NCBI GenBank assembly: GCA_965223325.1
Contig: CBDCWI010000002.1
Location: 1,856,001-1,920,000, forward strand
DNA: 64,000 nucleotides
Reading direction: 5' to 3'
Source of the DNA: Candidatus Multivoradales bacterium
Lineage (GTDB): Bacteria; Acidobacteriota; Thermoanaerobaculia; Multivoradales; Multivoraceae
The notes under the pieces are model-generated. The model was not told where the DNA came from. It searched no databases and worked only from the letters and a program-made list of their open reading frames with translations. A program made the position numbers and the translations under genes. The first letter of the stretch is position 1; every line of letters starts with the position of its first letter. This document shows, one piece after another, positions 8,049-18,600 of this stretch.

Positions 8049-10871
8049 ATGAGCCGTTCAAAGTCACCGTCGCCGCCGCCGGGGAGCGGCCCCCAGCTGG
8101 TCGCTCTTCTCCTGGTGGGGCTTCTGGGCCTCGCCGCCGGCCCGCATCTCGCTGCCCAGACCGTCACCGGGCAGATTGCCGGCGCGATCACCAGTAGCGA
8201 TGGGTCGGTCCTTCCCGGGGTCGCAGTGCGCGTCACCGGAAGCTACATTGGCGCCGAGAGAGTCGTCCACACGAATCAGCGCGGGCAATACAGGGTCGCC
8301 AACCTGCCGCCGGGCCTCTACGAGCTCGAAGTCACAGCCCAAGGCTTCCAGGCCCAACGCATCGAAGGGGTGCGCGTTTCGGTGGGTGCCGTCACGACTC
8401 TCGACGCCAGGCTCGAGGTCGGCAGCGTCGAAGACCTGATTACGGTGGTTGCCGAGACGCCGGTGATCGACCGTGAGACGAGCAAGGTCGGGACAGTGAT
8501 GGACCGCGAATGGATCGAGGCCATGCCCCAGGATCGCTTCAGCGTCAACGGCATTCTCGGGCAGGCACCGGGAGTCCTCAGCAACGGCACCGCCAACATG
8601 TCCATTTTCGGTTCTTCCAACGACGAGAACCTCTTCCAGGTTGACGGGGCCGACACCAACGACAGTTTTGCCGGCTATGCCACTGCAGCGCCGAGCCCGG
8701 AGACTGTCGAAGAAATCGAGGTGCTCACCCTCGGGGCGCCCGCCGAGTACGGCAACACGCCGGGCGGCGTTCTCAACGTCGTCACGCGCCAGGGCAGCAA
8801 CGACTTCCGCGGCAGCGTCGCGAAGTTCTATCAAAGCGACCAACTGACCTCCCGCAACACCACTGAAGAGCTCGACGGCGGCTACCCCGTAACGCTCGAG
8901 AAGTACCGCGACGAGTCGATCGACGCAGGCGGTCCTATTCTGCGCGATCGCCTCTGGTACTTCGGTGCGTATCAGTTGATGGAGGTCGAAGAGTCCTCCC
9001 CGGGCCTCCCTCGGGAGCTCGGAGGCTCACACCTCGAACGCGACGTCTTCTTTGCCAAGTTGAGCGCCCAGGTCAGCGCCTCCCATCGCATCGATGGGAC
9101 GCTGCACAGCGATGAGACGTCGCGGGGTTTCGGCCGGCTGCCCGAGGAACTCGAACTGACCTTCTATGGCTTCCACTACGCTGCACCGACGACGGCCTTC
9201 AGCTATACCGGGCTCCTGGGGCCCAGGACGACACTCGAAGCTCGCTATTCCGGCTTCAACGCCGACGACGAGCTGTTGCCCCTCGACCCCAACGAAGACC
9301 GCTCAATCCCGATCGTCTACGACGCGGTCACTGAAACCTACACCGGTCCCCAGTTCTTTCAGAGCTGGGACTACGAATCGACCCGCGACACGGTCAGCGT
9401 CAAGGCCTCACAGAACGCCGAGGAGCTGCTCGGCGGCGGGCACGAGTTTCGCTTCGGCATTCAGTACAACACGGCTGAAGCAGGCGGTCTGGTGGACTCC
9501 AACAGCTACCTCTACTCCTACGGCGACGGCTACGCCTTCAGCTACCTCCGCGATCCATTCAGCTACGCCGCCGGTACCGACGGCTGGTCGGCGTTCGTCG
9601 ATGACAGCTGGCAGGTCAACGACCGGCTGACCCTCAACCTCGGCATCCGCTACGACACCAGCGATGCCTTCTCACCCGCGCAAGACGAGCTGGACGCGAG
9701 CGGCCAACTCGCCGGCCGAACCTTCGAGCGCATCGACTACTACGACTGGGAAAACGTCTCACCTCGCCTGGGATGGAACGCCGCGCTCACCGGCGATGGT
9801 CGCACTCTCTGGAAGGGCCACCTCGGGCGCTACCACCGTGCGATCACCACAGCCGAGTTCGGAATCGATGTCGGGCCTACGATCAAGCCAGGCTTCTTCG
9901 GGCTCTACAGCTTCGCCGCCCAGGATCACGTGTTCTTGTTTCAAGACGGCGACAACTCGAACCTGGGGGTCGACCCCGACTACTCGAGCCCTTACCAGGA
10001 CCAGCTCTCGATGAGCATCGAGCGCCAGTTTGGGCGGAACTTCGCGCTCGCTCTCCATGGTTCACACAAACGGGGCCGGAACTACCAGGCCTGGCAGGAC
10101 ACAACAGGTGTCTGGGAAGACTCGGTCTGGATCGATGGCGACTTCGACCTCGACGGGATTCCCGATCTCGACGTCGACCCGTATGCGACTGGCCAGCCGC
10201 TCACCCTCCAACGCCTGGTGAGTGATCCCGAAGACCGCATCTTCATCATCACCAACCGGCCCGAGATGGATCGCGAAACCACCTCAGCCAGCCTGGTGGT
10301 CACCAAGCGCCGCGCCAATGGCTGGTACCTGCACTCCTCTCTCACCTGGCTCGATACGTACGGACGCACCCCCGACAGCTGGAGTCACACCAGAATCTCG
10401 CAACGCGGTGGCCTTCAGTTCCGAAGCTTTGGTCAAAACCCCAACCAGTTCGTCAACACAAAGGGACCGCTACGCGGGGACGTTCCCTGGAACTTCAAGC
10501 TGATGGGTTCCTATGAACTCCCCTGGGGCATTCAAGCATCGGGCTACTTCAGAATGCGCAATGGCGCAGCGCGCGTGCGCCTGGTCAATGTCCCGCGATC
10601 GGTCACCGGTATAAGAAGCCGCATCGTCGCCGACCAACGCGGCACGGTGGGCCGCATGCCAGATCTGGCGCTCCTCGACCTGCGACTCACTAAAGCGTTC
10701 TCCCTGCCGCGCAACCTCGAACTGGTGTTGACAGTCGACGCCCTGAACGTCTGGAACGACGACACGCCCAACACCACGCGCTCCTCATTCTCGACGTCGT
10801 CCCAGTTCGACACGCCGACTGCGCTGCCCGCACCAAGAACCTTTCAGCTGGGTGCGAGGTTGCGCTTCTGA
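8049..10871 (+). CDS. TonB-dependent receptor (Oar-like) with N-terminal carboxypeptidase-regulatory-like domain
   Basis: Signal peptide; 'LPGVAVRV..G.Y...NLPPGLYEL' N-domain; plug 'AEYGNTPGGVLNVVTRQGSN'; 'DSWQVNDRLTLNLGIRYD'; C-terminal '[12 protein letters not shown]'. Confidence 0.92.
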   Translation: MSRSKSPSPPPGSGPQLVALLLVGLLGLAAGPHLAAQTVTGQIAGAITSSDGSVLPGVAVRVTGSYIGAERVVHTNQRGQYRVANLPPGLYELEVTAQGFQAQRIEGVRVSVGAVTTLDARLEVGSVEDLITVVAETPVIDRETSKVGTVMDREWIEAMPQDRFSVNGILGQAPGVLSNGTANMSIFGSSNDENLFQVDGADTNDSFAGYATAAPSPETVEEIEVLTLGAPAEYGNTPGGVLNVVTRQGSNDFRGSVAKFYQSDQLTSRNTTEELDGGYPVTLEKYRDESIDAGGPILRDRLWYFGAYQLMEVEESSPGLPRELGGSHLERDVFFAKLSAQVSASHRIDGTLHSDETSRGFGRLPEELELTFYGFHYAAPTTAFSYTGLLGPRTTLEARYSGFNADDELLPLDPNEDRSIPIVYDAVTETYTGPQFFQSWDYESTRDTVSVKASQNAEELLGGGHEFRFGIQYNTAEAGGLVDSNSYLYSYGDGYAFSYLRDPFSYAAGTDGWSAFVDDSWQVNDRLTLNLGIRYDTSDAFSPAQDELDASGQLAGRTFERIDYYDWENVSPRLGWNAALTGDGRTLWKGHLGRYHRAITTAEFGIDVGPTIKPGFFGLYSFAAQDHVFLFQDGDNSNLGVDPDYSSPYQDQLSMSIERQFGRNFALALHGSHKRGRNYQAWQDTTGVWEDSVWIDGDFDLDGIPDLDVDPYATGQPLTLQRLVSDPEDRIFIITNRPEMDRETTSASLVVTKRRANGWYLHSSLTWLDTYGRTPDSWSHTRISQRGGLQFRSFGQNPNQFVNTKGPLRGDVPWNFKLMGSYELPWGIQASGYFRMRNGAARVRLVNVPRSVTGIRSRIVADQRGTVGRMPDLALLDLRLTKAFSLPRNLELVLTVDALNVWNDDTPNTTRSSFSTSSQFDTPTALPAPRTFQLGARLRF

Positions 10872-13612
10872 AGGAAGAAGAACCGAGGACCGAGCTCGCC
10901 AGTGGCACCCGCATCGGCGGATACGAGGTCAAAGGCCTTCTCGGGGCCGGTGGCATGGGCGAGGTCTACCGGGCGCGCGACACCACCCTCGGGCGCGACG
11001 TGGCGATCAAGGTCCTGCCACCGTCGGTGGCCCGCAACAAGGAGCTCCGGGCGCGCTTCGCGCGCGAGGCCAGATTGCTCGGCTCCCTCCAACACCCGGG
11101 CATCGCCTCGGTGCATTCGTTTGAGGAGGAGCCGGTCGCTGCGATCGTCATGGAGCTCGTACCGGGCAAGACGCTCGACGAGCGGCTGCGGCGAAGCCCC
11201 CTCCAGGCGCGCGAAGCGCTTCCGATCTTCCGGCAGCTCGCCGAGGCCCTGGAAGCCGCGCACGAACTCGGCATCATCCATCGCGATCTCAAGCCGGCCA
11301 ACATCAAGGTCACCCCCGAGGGCCGCGTCAAGGTCCTCGACTTCGGCCTCGCCAAGTCAGTCGCCAGTGGTTTGCACCACAACCCGCTCGAGGCCGGAAA
11401 CACCCAGACCTTGACCGCTCACACCGCGCGCGGCGTCGTTTTGGGAACCGTCCCGTATATGAGCCCGGAGCAGGCGCGCGGCGAGCGTGTCGATCTCAGA
11501 ACCGACGTCTGGGCCTTCGGCTGCCTCTTGTTCGAAGCGTTGGCTGGCGAGCGGACCTTCGCCGGCGAATCTGCCGCCGACGTCACCGCGCAGATCCTCG
11601 AGCGCGAACCCGATTGGTCGCGGCTGCCCGACGATCTGGACCCCCGCATCCGGCTCCTGCTCGAACGCTGCTTGCGAAAAGAACCCGAGCGCCGGCTGCA
11701 GCACCTGGGCAACGCGCGGGTGGAGCTCGAGGACATCGCTTCGGCCTCGTCGCTCTCGGCCTCGTTCTCAGGCTCTTCGGGCGGCGCGGGTTCTCTGGTG
11801 TCGTCGGCGGCAGGGCCTCCGGAGGCGACGACCTTCGAGCGACTGTGGATGCCCCTTCTCGTCACCAGCATCCTGGCGGCAGGTGTCATCGGCTGGACAC
11901 TTCCCAGAGGATGGGCGAGCGACCCCGGTCCGCCTCCCGGACATGGGCCGGTTCTCCGCTTTCAGTTGGCCGAGAAGGTTTTCCCGGCTCCCCATCGCCG
12001 GCTTTCGATCTCCGCTGACGGCACACGCATCGCCTACGACAAGTCGCAAGGGGCCTCCGTCCGAACTCTCGACAGCGAGGAGCTTCTCGTCCTGGATGCG
12101 AATGGTGCCGGAGCACAGATTTCACCTGACGGCGACTGGCTGGCGTACCACTACTTCGTCAAGGGCCTGGTGAACAAGATCTCGCTGGGCGGTGGTACGC
12201 CCGTCACCCTGGGAGCCGCCGACATCGTGCGCGGCATGAGCTGGAGCGACAACGGCCTTCTCGTCTACTCCAATCGGCCTTCGGGCGGCGACCTGGTCCT
12301 GGTCCGCGACGACGGCGAGGGAGAGCCCGAGATCCTGCTGTCGCCCTCCCCCGACCAAGGAGAAGACGGTTTCCGCTGGCCAACGTTTCTTCCCGGCGGC
12401 CAGGACGTTCTCTTTACCGTCGTCCCTACTGGGACGCCCGACTTCGACAATTGGCGCATCGATGTAGTCTCGCGCACCGACGGATCGCGCAAGACCCTGG
12501 TCGAGAAGGCGAGCGACGGCCGCTATCTCGAGAGCGAACGCCTGGGAAGCTGGCTCCTCTACTCACAAAGCGGGTCGGTCTTCGCCGCTCCCTTCGACCG
12601 CGAGAAGCTGGCGGTTGTCGGTCCGGCGATCGAAGTCCTGCCGGGAGTCGCTGCAACGGTGGGTGCCGCCCCCTATGCGGTCTCACGCAACGGAACGCTC
12701 GCCTACGCGCCGGGAGTCGCGGTCCGGCCGCCGACCAGGTATTTCTTCGTCGATGAGAGTGGTAACGAAGAAGAGGCCGCGATCACAGCCGACGAGGAAT
12801 CCCGTCACCCCCGGATCTCGCCAGACGGCCGCTTCCTGGTTCTCCAGCATCGAGCCGGGGGCCTCTGGGTTCACGACTTCCAGAGAGCCGTCACCGAGAA
12901 ACGCGGCGACGGAGGCGTCATGGTGACACCCATCTGGTCACATGACGGAGAGACCATTTACTACAACGATGGCCCTCGCCAGCTCTTCGAACGGCCCGCC
13001 GATGGCAGCGGCGAACCCCGACAGCTCACCTTCCGCGAAGACTCTGTCATCCCTACGTCGGCCTCTCCGGACGGCCGCTTCCTGGCCGTCAACGCCTACG
13101 ACGGCGACCGCGGCTGTGACGTCTACCTCGTCGAGCTGCCCGCGGGCGACGACCCTCGTGCCTCCATCGAACTCCGACCCCTGGTCACTTCCGGCGACTT
13201 CGAAGCCAACGGCCGCTTCTCGCGCGACGGGGAGTGGCTGGCCTACGTAGCAGTCGAGAACGACCAGCGCAACATTTTCGTCACCCGACCGGAAGCGGGC
13301 AGTGCCACGATGCAGCTCTCGAGCTCCGGTGGCGGTTCACCCCTCTGGTCGCCCAACGGTCAGGAACTCTTCTTCATCAGCGAGGCCAGCGAAGTCTGGG
13401 CGGTGCGGGTGCCCACGAATCCAGGTGACGAGTGGGGGCTGCCCGAGCGGCTCTTTGAAAGCGACAAGTTGAGGCCCGGCTACGACGTCTCTTTTCCCGA
13501 GATCCTCTCCGACGGGCGCTTTCTCGGCAGCGCACTGAACGAACCACCCGATCTGGTTCCTGTCCACGTGGTGGTCAATTGGTTCACTGAACTCGAAGAG
13601 CTTCTGGGCTAG
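10868..13612 (+). CDS. Ser/Thr protein kinase with TM helix and PD40 propellers; probable non-canonical CTG start
   Basis: The first ATG (10955) lies inside the Gly-rich loop. The upstream frame reads ..[25 protein letters not shown] at 10868 overlaps the TBDR stop (CTGA), with GAGGT 7 nt upstream. [11 protein letters not shown]. Confidence 0.88.
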   Translation: MKEEEPRTELASGTRIGGYEVKGLLGAGGMGEVYRARDTTLGRDVAIKVLPPSVARNKELRARFAREARLLGSLQHPGIASVHSFEEEPVAAIVMELVPGKTLDERLRRSPLQAREALPIFRQLAEALEAAHELGIIHRDLKPANIKVTPEGRVKVLDFGLAKSVASGLHHNPLEAGNTQTLTAHTARGVVLGTVPYMSPEQARGERVDLRTDVWAFGCLLFEALAGERTFAGESAADVTAQILEREPDWSRLPDDLDPRIRLLLERCLRKEPERRLQHLGNARVELEDIASASSLSASFSGSSGGAGSLVSSAAGPPEATTFERLWMPLLVTSILAAGVIGWTLPRGWASDPGPPPGHGPVLRFQLAEKVFPAPHRRLSISADGTRIAYDKSQGASVRTLDSEELLVLDANGAGAQISPDGDWLAYHYFVKGLVNKISLGGGTPVTLGAADIVRGMSWSDNGLLVYSNRPSGGDLVLVRDDGEGEPEILLSPSPDQGEDGFRWPTFLPGGQDVLFTVVPTGTPDFDNWRIDVVSRTDGSRKTLVEKASDGRYLESERLGSWLLYSQSGSVFAAPFDREKLAVVGPAIEVLPGVAATVGAAPYAVSRNGTLAYAPGVAVRPPTRYFFVDESGNEEEAAITADEESRHPRISPDGRFLVLQHRAGGLWVHDFQRAVTEKRGDGGVMVTPIWSHDGETIYYNDGPRQLFERPADGSGEPRQLTFREDSVIPTSASPDGRFLAVNAYDGDRGCDVYLVELPAGDDPRASIELRPLVTSGDFEANGRFSRDGEWLAYVAVENDQRNIFVTRPEAGSATMQLSSSGGGSPLWSPNGQELFFISEASEVWAVRVPTNPGDEWGLPERLFESDKLRPGYDVSFPEILSDGRFLGSALNEPPDLVPVHVVVNWFTELEELLG

Positions 13613-13815
13613 AGCTGCGATGCAGCATAGAGCGGCAGAGAACGGAGCCGATCGGCAGATTCACCATCAGGCATCTTCACCTTCAAATCCTCGACTCCAA
13701 CCGCCCCCTGATGGAGCCGCACCCCTTCTCGCGCACCAGAGCGCCACAGAAACTGGTGCATGGACTTCAACGAACCCGCAGCTTTGGTCTTCACCTCGAC
13801 GGGCCGTGTTTCGGT
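13609..13815 (-). pseudogene. C-terminal fragment of an AAA ATPase/DUF4143-type protein
   Basis: Reads ..[31 protein letters not shown], matching the PVEVK..GSLKSL..F / SLPLY tail of that family. No N-terminal ATPase domain is present. Confidence 0.5.
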
Positions 13816-13917
13816 ATCAAGCCGACCGAAACACCATTGTGTTTTACACTCAAGAAGAGCAATACACGACCGTGTTTAGCGCTTCTTGGCCGCTCAGCCA
13901 ACCCCCCAGCGCCTCCC

Positions 13918-14886
13918 TTAGCGCTCGACGACCACCAGACCGTTTTCGAACCGCACCCTGGAACCGACCAACTCCAGCGTCGGGGCGATGGAGGACTCGG
14001 GCGACGTCCACACCACGTCACCGCGCAGGCGCTGGTCGAGGATGGAGGTTTCGACCCCGGCGCCGAGGCGTACCTCGAGGCCGCTTTCGCGTTCTACCCA
14101 ATCGAGGAACTCGCCGATGGTGCGGCCGTCGATGTCGAACGGCTCGACCAACGGGTGCGTCCACTCGAACCGCGGGTCGGCCGGCGAGAGCTCTTCGAAC
14201 TGACGCGTGCCGTTCGCGCGCAGGCGCATGACCTGCCCGCGTTCAACAACGGCGCTGGCGCCGCGACGAGGTTCTACCAGCACCTTGCCCGCGCGCACCG
14301 CAACGAACAGATCGTCCCCCTTCATTCGTGCCTCGTAGCTCGTGCCCCGGTTGACGAGGGTCGCGATGGGTGTCGTGATCTCGACCGCTTGATCCGCCTC
14401 TCGACTCTGACTGGAGTCGAAGTAGAGGGCCCCCGCCTCGAGTTCGAGCCGGGCCCGGCCATCGAGGCGAACGCGGGTCGAAGAGTCCAAGCGAACGCGC
14501 GAACCGTTCTTCAAACGAAACGCCGCCCGCCCCTTGTACGCCGTTTCGAGCACGCTGCCCGGACCAAGCGCGACCATTCGTTCACCAGAGTCGTTCCAAT
14601 CGCGAGCGTCGACTTCGACGTCGCCGACGATCTGCTCGAGATCGGCAAGCGGGGCGTTGATCATCGCCGCTCTCGGCCACAGGGATGCTCCCGCCACCAT
14701 AGCCAGCACCAGAGACGCTGCCGCAGCGAGCGCCAACGTGGCCCGACGACGGGCGTGCCGCCTCAGACCTTCCCGCCACGCGATGTGCGCCTCTCGATGG
14801 GCGCGTTCGACCGCCATCGGATCGGGTTCCGGAAGGTCTTTCGAGAGCCGCAAGAGCGCTGCAACGGGATCGTTTCGTTCGTTCAT
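13918..14886 (-). CDS. FecR-family anti-sigma factor
   Basis: N-terminal helix, TM 'LALAAAASLVL', FecR motifs 'L.NGSRVRLD..T', 'LEAGALYFD', 'GTSYEAR', 'V.V..GKV'. ATGA overlap with the ECF gene. Confidence 0.88.
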   Translation of the reverse strand: MNERNDPVAALLRLSKDLPEPDPMAVERAHREAHIAWREGLRRHARRRATLALAAAASLVLAMVAGASLWPRAAMINAPLADLEQIVGDVEVDARDWNDSGERMVALGPGSVLETAYKGRAAFRLKNGSRVRLDSSTRVRLDGRARLELEAGALYFDSSQSREADQAVEITTPIATLVNRGTSYEARMKGDDLFVAVRAGKVLVEPRRGASAVVERGQVMRLRANGTRQFEELSPADPRFEWTHPLVEPFDIDGRTIGEFLDWVERESGLEVRLGAGVETSILDQRLRGDVVWTSPESSIAPTLELVGSRVRFENGLVVVER

Positions 14887-15503
14887 GTTCGGCTCCTGTC
14901 GACGGCCGCAGAGCGCAGCGGGCTCGAAGCGAGCACCAGATAGGCCTCTCGAAAACTGTTGCGGGCCCGGGTAAGGACAGACTCGGCCGCCTTCTCGCTG
15001 ACCTCGAGGCGCTCAGAGATCTCACGCACACTCCTGCCCTGGATGTATTTCCACGACAGCGCCTGGCGATGGCGCGGGTGCACCCGATCGAGGGCTCGCT
15101 GAATGCGCTCTCGCACCTCGGCGCGCTCCGCCATCTTCTCGGGGTCGTCACCAGTATCCGTCAGCGACTCGAGGGCCGAGGCGAGCTCGTCGTCGAGGTC
15201 CGCCACCGGGACCGCGGCGGCGTGGCGGCCCTCCGCGCGGTACCAGTTGGCGATCTCGCGACGACAAATGGTCAGCACCCAGGTGAGTAATGCGGCTTCA
15301 CCACGATAGGTACCAATGCGGGCGAGGGCGGTGCACACGGTCGATTGCGCGACCTCTTCCGCCGCCGCCTCGTCGCCGCCCATGCGACGCAAGCTGAAAC
15401 GATAGGCGACCGAGAAATGCCGTTGGAAGAAGGCCTCGAAGGCGCGCTCATCGCCACGTCGGACGCGTTTGGCCAGGGCTCGATCTTCGAGGTGGAGGTT
15501 CAT
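14883..15503 (-). CDS. ECF RNA polymerase sigma factor
   Basis: 'D..LA.RV.RGDERAF', 'AEEVAQ', 'YRGEAALLTWV..I', region 4 'SVREISERLEVSEKAAESVLTRAR'. ATG at 15503 (alternative TTG at 15506). Confidence 0.93.
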   Translation of the reverse strand: MNLHLEDRALAKRVRRGDERAFEAFFQRHFSVAYRFSLRRMGGDEAAAEEVAQSTVCTALARIGTYRGEAALLTWVLTICRREIANWYRAEGRHAAAVPVADLDDELASALESLTDTGDDPEKMAERAEVRERIQRALDRVHPRHRQALSWKYIQGRSVREISERLEVSEKAAESVLTRARNSFREAYLVLASSPLRSAAVDRSRT

Positions 15504-15509
15504 CAATGG

Positions 15510-15541
15510 GTTAGACGCTAACGGAGCAGGAAATCCTTCGG
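15510..15541 (-). promoter_or_regulatory. Putative ECF-dependent autoregulatory promoter, probably giving a leaderless sigma mRNA
   Basis: Minus strand CCGAAGGATTT-N13-CGTCTAAC ends 6 nt before ATG 15503. It matches the divergent copy. Confidence 0.7.
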
Positions 15542-15585
15542 CTGAGAAGCGATGGGTCCAATGAGAGGCAGGTGAGAGCTTGCCA

Positions 15586-15617
15586 CCGAAGGATTTGGCG
15601 CACTCGAGCCGTCGAAC
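15586..15617 (+). promoter_or_regulatory. Putative ECF-dependent promoter of the 15681 gene
   Basis: CCGAAGGATTT-N13-CGTCGAAC: same upstream block and spacing as the minus-strand copy, with an unrelated spacer. Confidence 0.7.
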
Positions 15618-15680
15618 AGAACGAACCCCTCAGTTGAGGACACTCTGCCAAGTACCCTCTGAGCAACGAGAGTAACGATT

Positions 15681-18600
15681 ATGAAGACGAGCCCGCACCT
15701 CACTCTGTTTCTTTGTCGCATGACCCTCTGTTCGAGCTTCGCCATGCTGGCCGGCAGCCTCGCCACCGCCCTGCCCGCTGACGCGACCTCCGGCGAGCGG
15801 TATCGCTGCCGTTCGGTTCCCGAGGCGATCGACATGCTGCGCGCCTCGGGCCTCGAGGTCGCCTACAGCGAGGGACTCGTCTCGGAACGTATGTTGGTGC
15901 GCCGCACACCGACCGCGGAGGACTCTGCCGGCCTGCTTCAAGAGATCGTTGGGGACTACGGCCTGGAGGTCAAGCAACTGCCGGGCAAAAGCCTGTCGAT
16001 CGTCCCCAGCGCGTCGCAGTCGGTCGAACGTTTACGCCGCATCTCCTCACCGTTGCTCGTTCGCGAAGACAGCTACGACGCGCTCCCCGAGTGGCGCAAC
16101 CTCACCGACATCGGTCGGAGCGTCGCCTTCATCTCCTTCGTCGAGGGCAGCGGCACCGCAGCTGCTCCGAGTATCGATCAGGGTGTCGACTTCATCATCT
16201 GGCGCCTGCCGGAAAGGCTGGGCGACAAGGCGCGCGCAGCGTTCGAGCTCAAGCAACAGATCGTCGCCACCGGCTCGCGCGCCCCCACCGCCCGAATGGG
16301 GCTCGAAGGCTCGCGGGCAGTGGTCGAAGCATTGATGGACAGAGAGCTTGCGCCCTACGTCGACGGCTACGTCTTCGAGCGTGATCCGTGGGTACCAGAA
16401 CTCGACGCCACCGGGCGCCCCTGGTGGAAGACCTCGCTCGCCAGCGCGTCGTCCGACACGCTGCTCGAGCTTCTACTCGATGGAGCGAGAAAGGGCGCTG
16501 CCTTTGTGCTCGTTCAGGATCGAGGGCCGAATGCATCCGAGAGCGGCCTGCTCGACGCGGTTCGGGCGACGGGTGCGGGTGCTCTCGAGGATCAACCGCA
16601 GACCGCCAGCCAGGAACGAATCAACGCAACCGTCTTTCTCGAGCCCCGCAGTGGCAACTTCCAGGTCGCGGTCTACAACCCGAGTGGCGGCGGCCGCGTA
16701 AGTCTCGAGCTCGAACCCGGCCTGGAGGCCAGGGTGATCTATCCACAGGGAGAACACGTCGCCACAGACTCCTACGGAAGGTTTGTGGCCCTGCAGTTCC
16801 CAGGTGGAGCCGAGCACTGGCTGATCGAGCTCGAGAAGAGCCGCGATCTTGCCCGTGCTGGTGAAGCCCTGGTCGAAGACGAAGTCATCGTCGATCCCTA
16901 TGAAGTGGTCGTCAGGAACCAGATCTTCCAGCGTGCCGAGGTCGACAAGGTCCTGTCGGTCGACGTGATGGAGTACGCGAGTGTGACGCCGGGTTGGCGC
17001 AACGGGCGGCGCTCTTTCTGGGAACACAGGATCTTTCAGCGCCGCGGGCGCCTCGATGAGTACCTTCACCTCGAGGTCTACCGTGACGGCGTCAGGCTGC
17101 CGCGCGACAAGATGTACAAGAGCATCCTGGGCCGGCCGGTCGAGCGCATCGAGCTCGCTCCGCTGACGGTCGAGAACCGCAAGACCTATCGCTATCGCTA
17201 TCTGGGCAGCGATGAGATCGACGGCCATCCGACCTGGAAGATCGGCTTCGACCCGGTCGTGCCGGGACGGCTGGTTTCGGGCGTGATCTGGATCGATCAG
17301 GTCACTGGTGCCCACCGACAGATTCGCGCCAAGCACCACAACCTCGGCGTTGGCATTCTCTCGGGTGACTACATCACGCGCTACCGCTGGATTCCGGGCC
17401 CCGACGGCTGCCACTGGGACTGGGATCGCCGCTACGGCAGCGAGACCTACGACTACCTCGACTTCGAGGGCGTGGCCCAGATCGACTACAAGCGGGAGAA
17501 TTTCCGCTACAACCGGGCCGACATCGAAGAGGTGATCCAAGCCGCCCACGAGAGCGATGTGCTGATTCACGTCGCGACTCCGCCCGAAGGTCATCGCTGG
17601 TTGCTGCGCGGAGCAGAGATCAAGCCGAAGCGCGGTGATCTCCCGTACGAAGACGGCGTCTTGCGGGTTGAGGACATGCCGGAAGTGAAGCCGGACTCGA
17701 GCGACGAGGAACTGCCGTTAGCGGACGAGCCCGCGATCGAGCGCCAGGCGGAGCGACCCGCCGAGGAGGCCCCCGGCCCCGCATTGACAGCGTCGCTAGG
17801 GAGCGCAACGAGCCGCGGCGAAGGCGACGCCCTGACTGAAATGCTCGCAGGGCCCTGGGCTTTTCCGTCGCGGTCGCGCATCAGCGTCGGATATTTCGGC
17901 AACAGCAGCTCGGATTCCGACCTCGACTTCGGTTTCAACTTTCTCGACTGGGACTTCCTGCGTCGTGGACGCAAGGGCCGAGACCCTCTCTACCTGTGGA
18001 TCGGTGGCTTCGGCGAAGACGGTCTGGTTTCGCTGACCGACCCGCATCTCTTCGGTTCGGAATGGTCACTCACCGGCTCGTTCGACCTTCAGCTCGACCC
18101 CGATCAGGACTTCCTGTTTCGGCAGAACACTGAGACGCCCGGCGACGAAAGCACCGTAAGCAACCTGAGCCTCGACTCGCGGAAGGTTGGCTTTCGCTTC
18201 TCCTTCGGCCGACCGTTGACGGGTTCGGTCTCGATGCGACTCAAGCTCGGGGTGCATTCGCTCAACTTCATGAGAAAGTCTGGCACCGACCCGAATTTCA
18301 TCCTGCCCGCCAACTCGAGTGAGGTCACCCTGCGCAGCGAGCTGTCGTGGAGCCGCCGTTCCACGCATCTCGTCCTGGGTCTAGAGGGCGGGCGACGTGG
18401 AAGTGACTGGCGCGCCTGGGGCCTCGACGGTCGACAAGAAGCGATCGATCAGTGGTCGCGCTACGACGCCCGTCTGACCTGGGCCCATCCAATCGGGCGC
18501 TCGCAGACGTTGGCGGCCAGCCTCGGCATTTTTGGAGGCTCGGACCTCGATCGGTTCTCCCGTCGACGACTGTTCGAGGTCGACGCACGAGTACCGGGCT

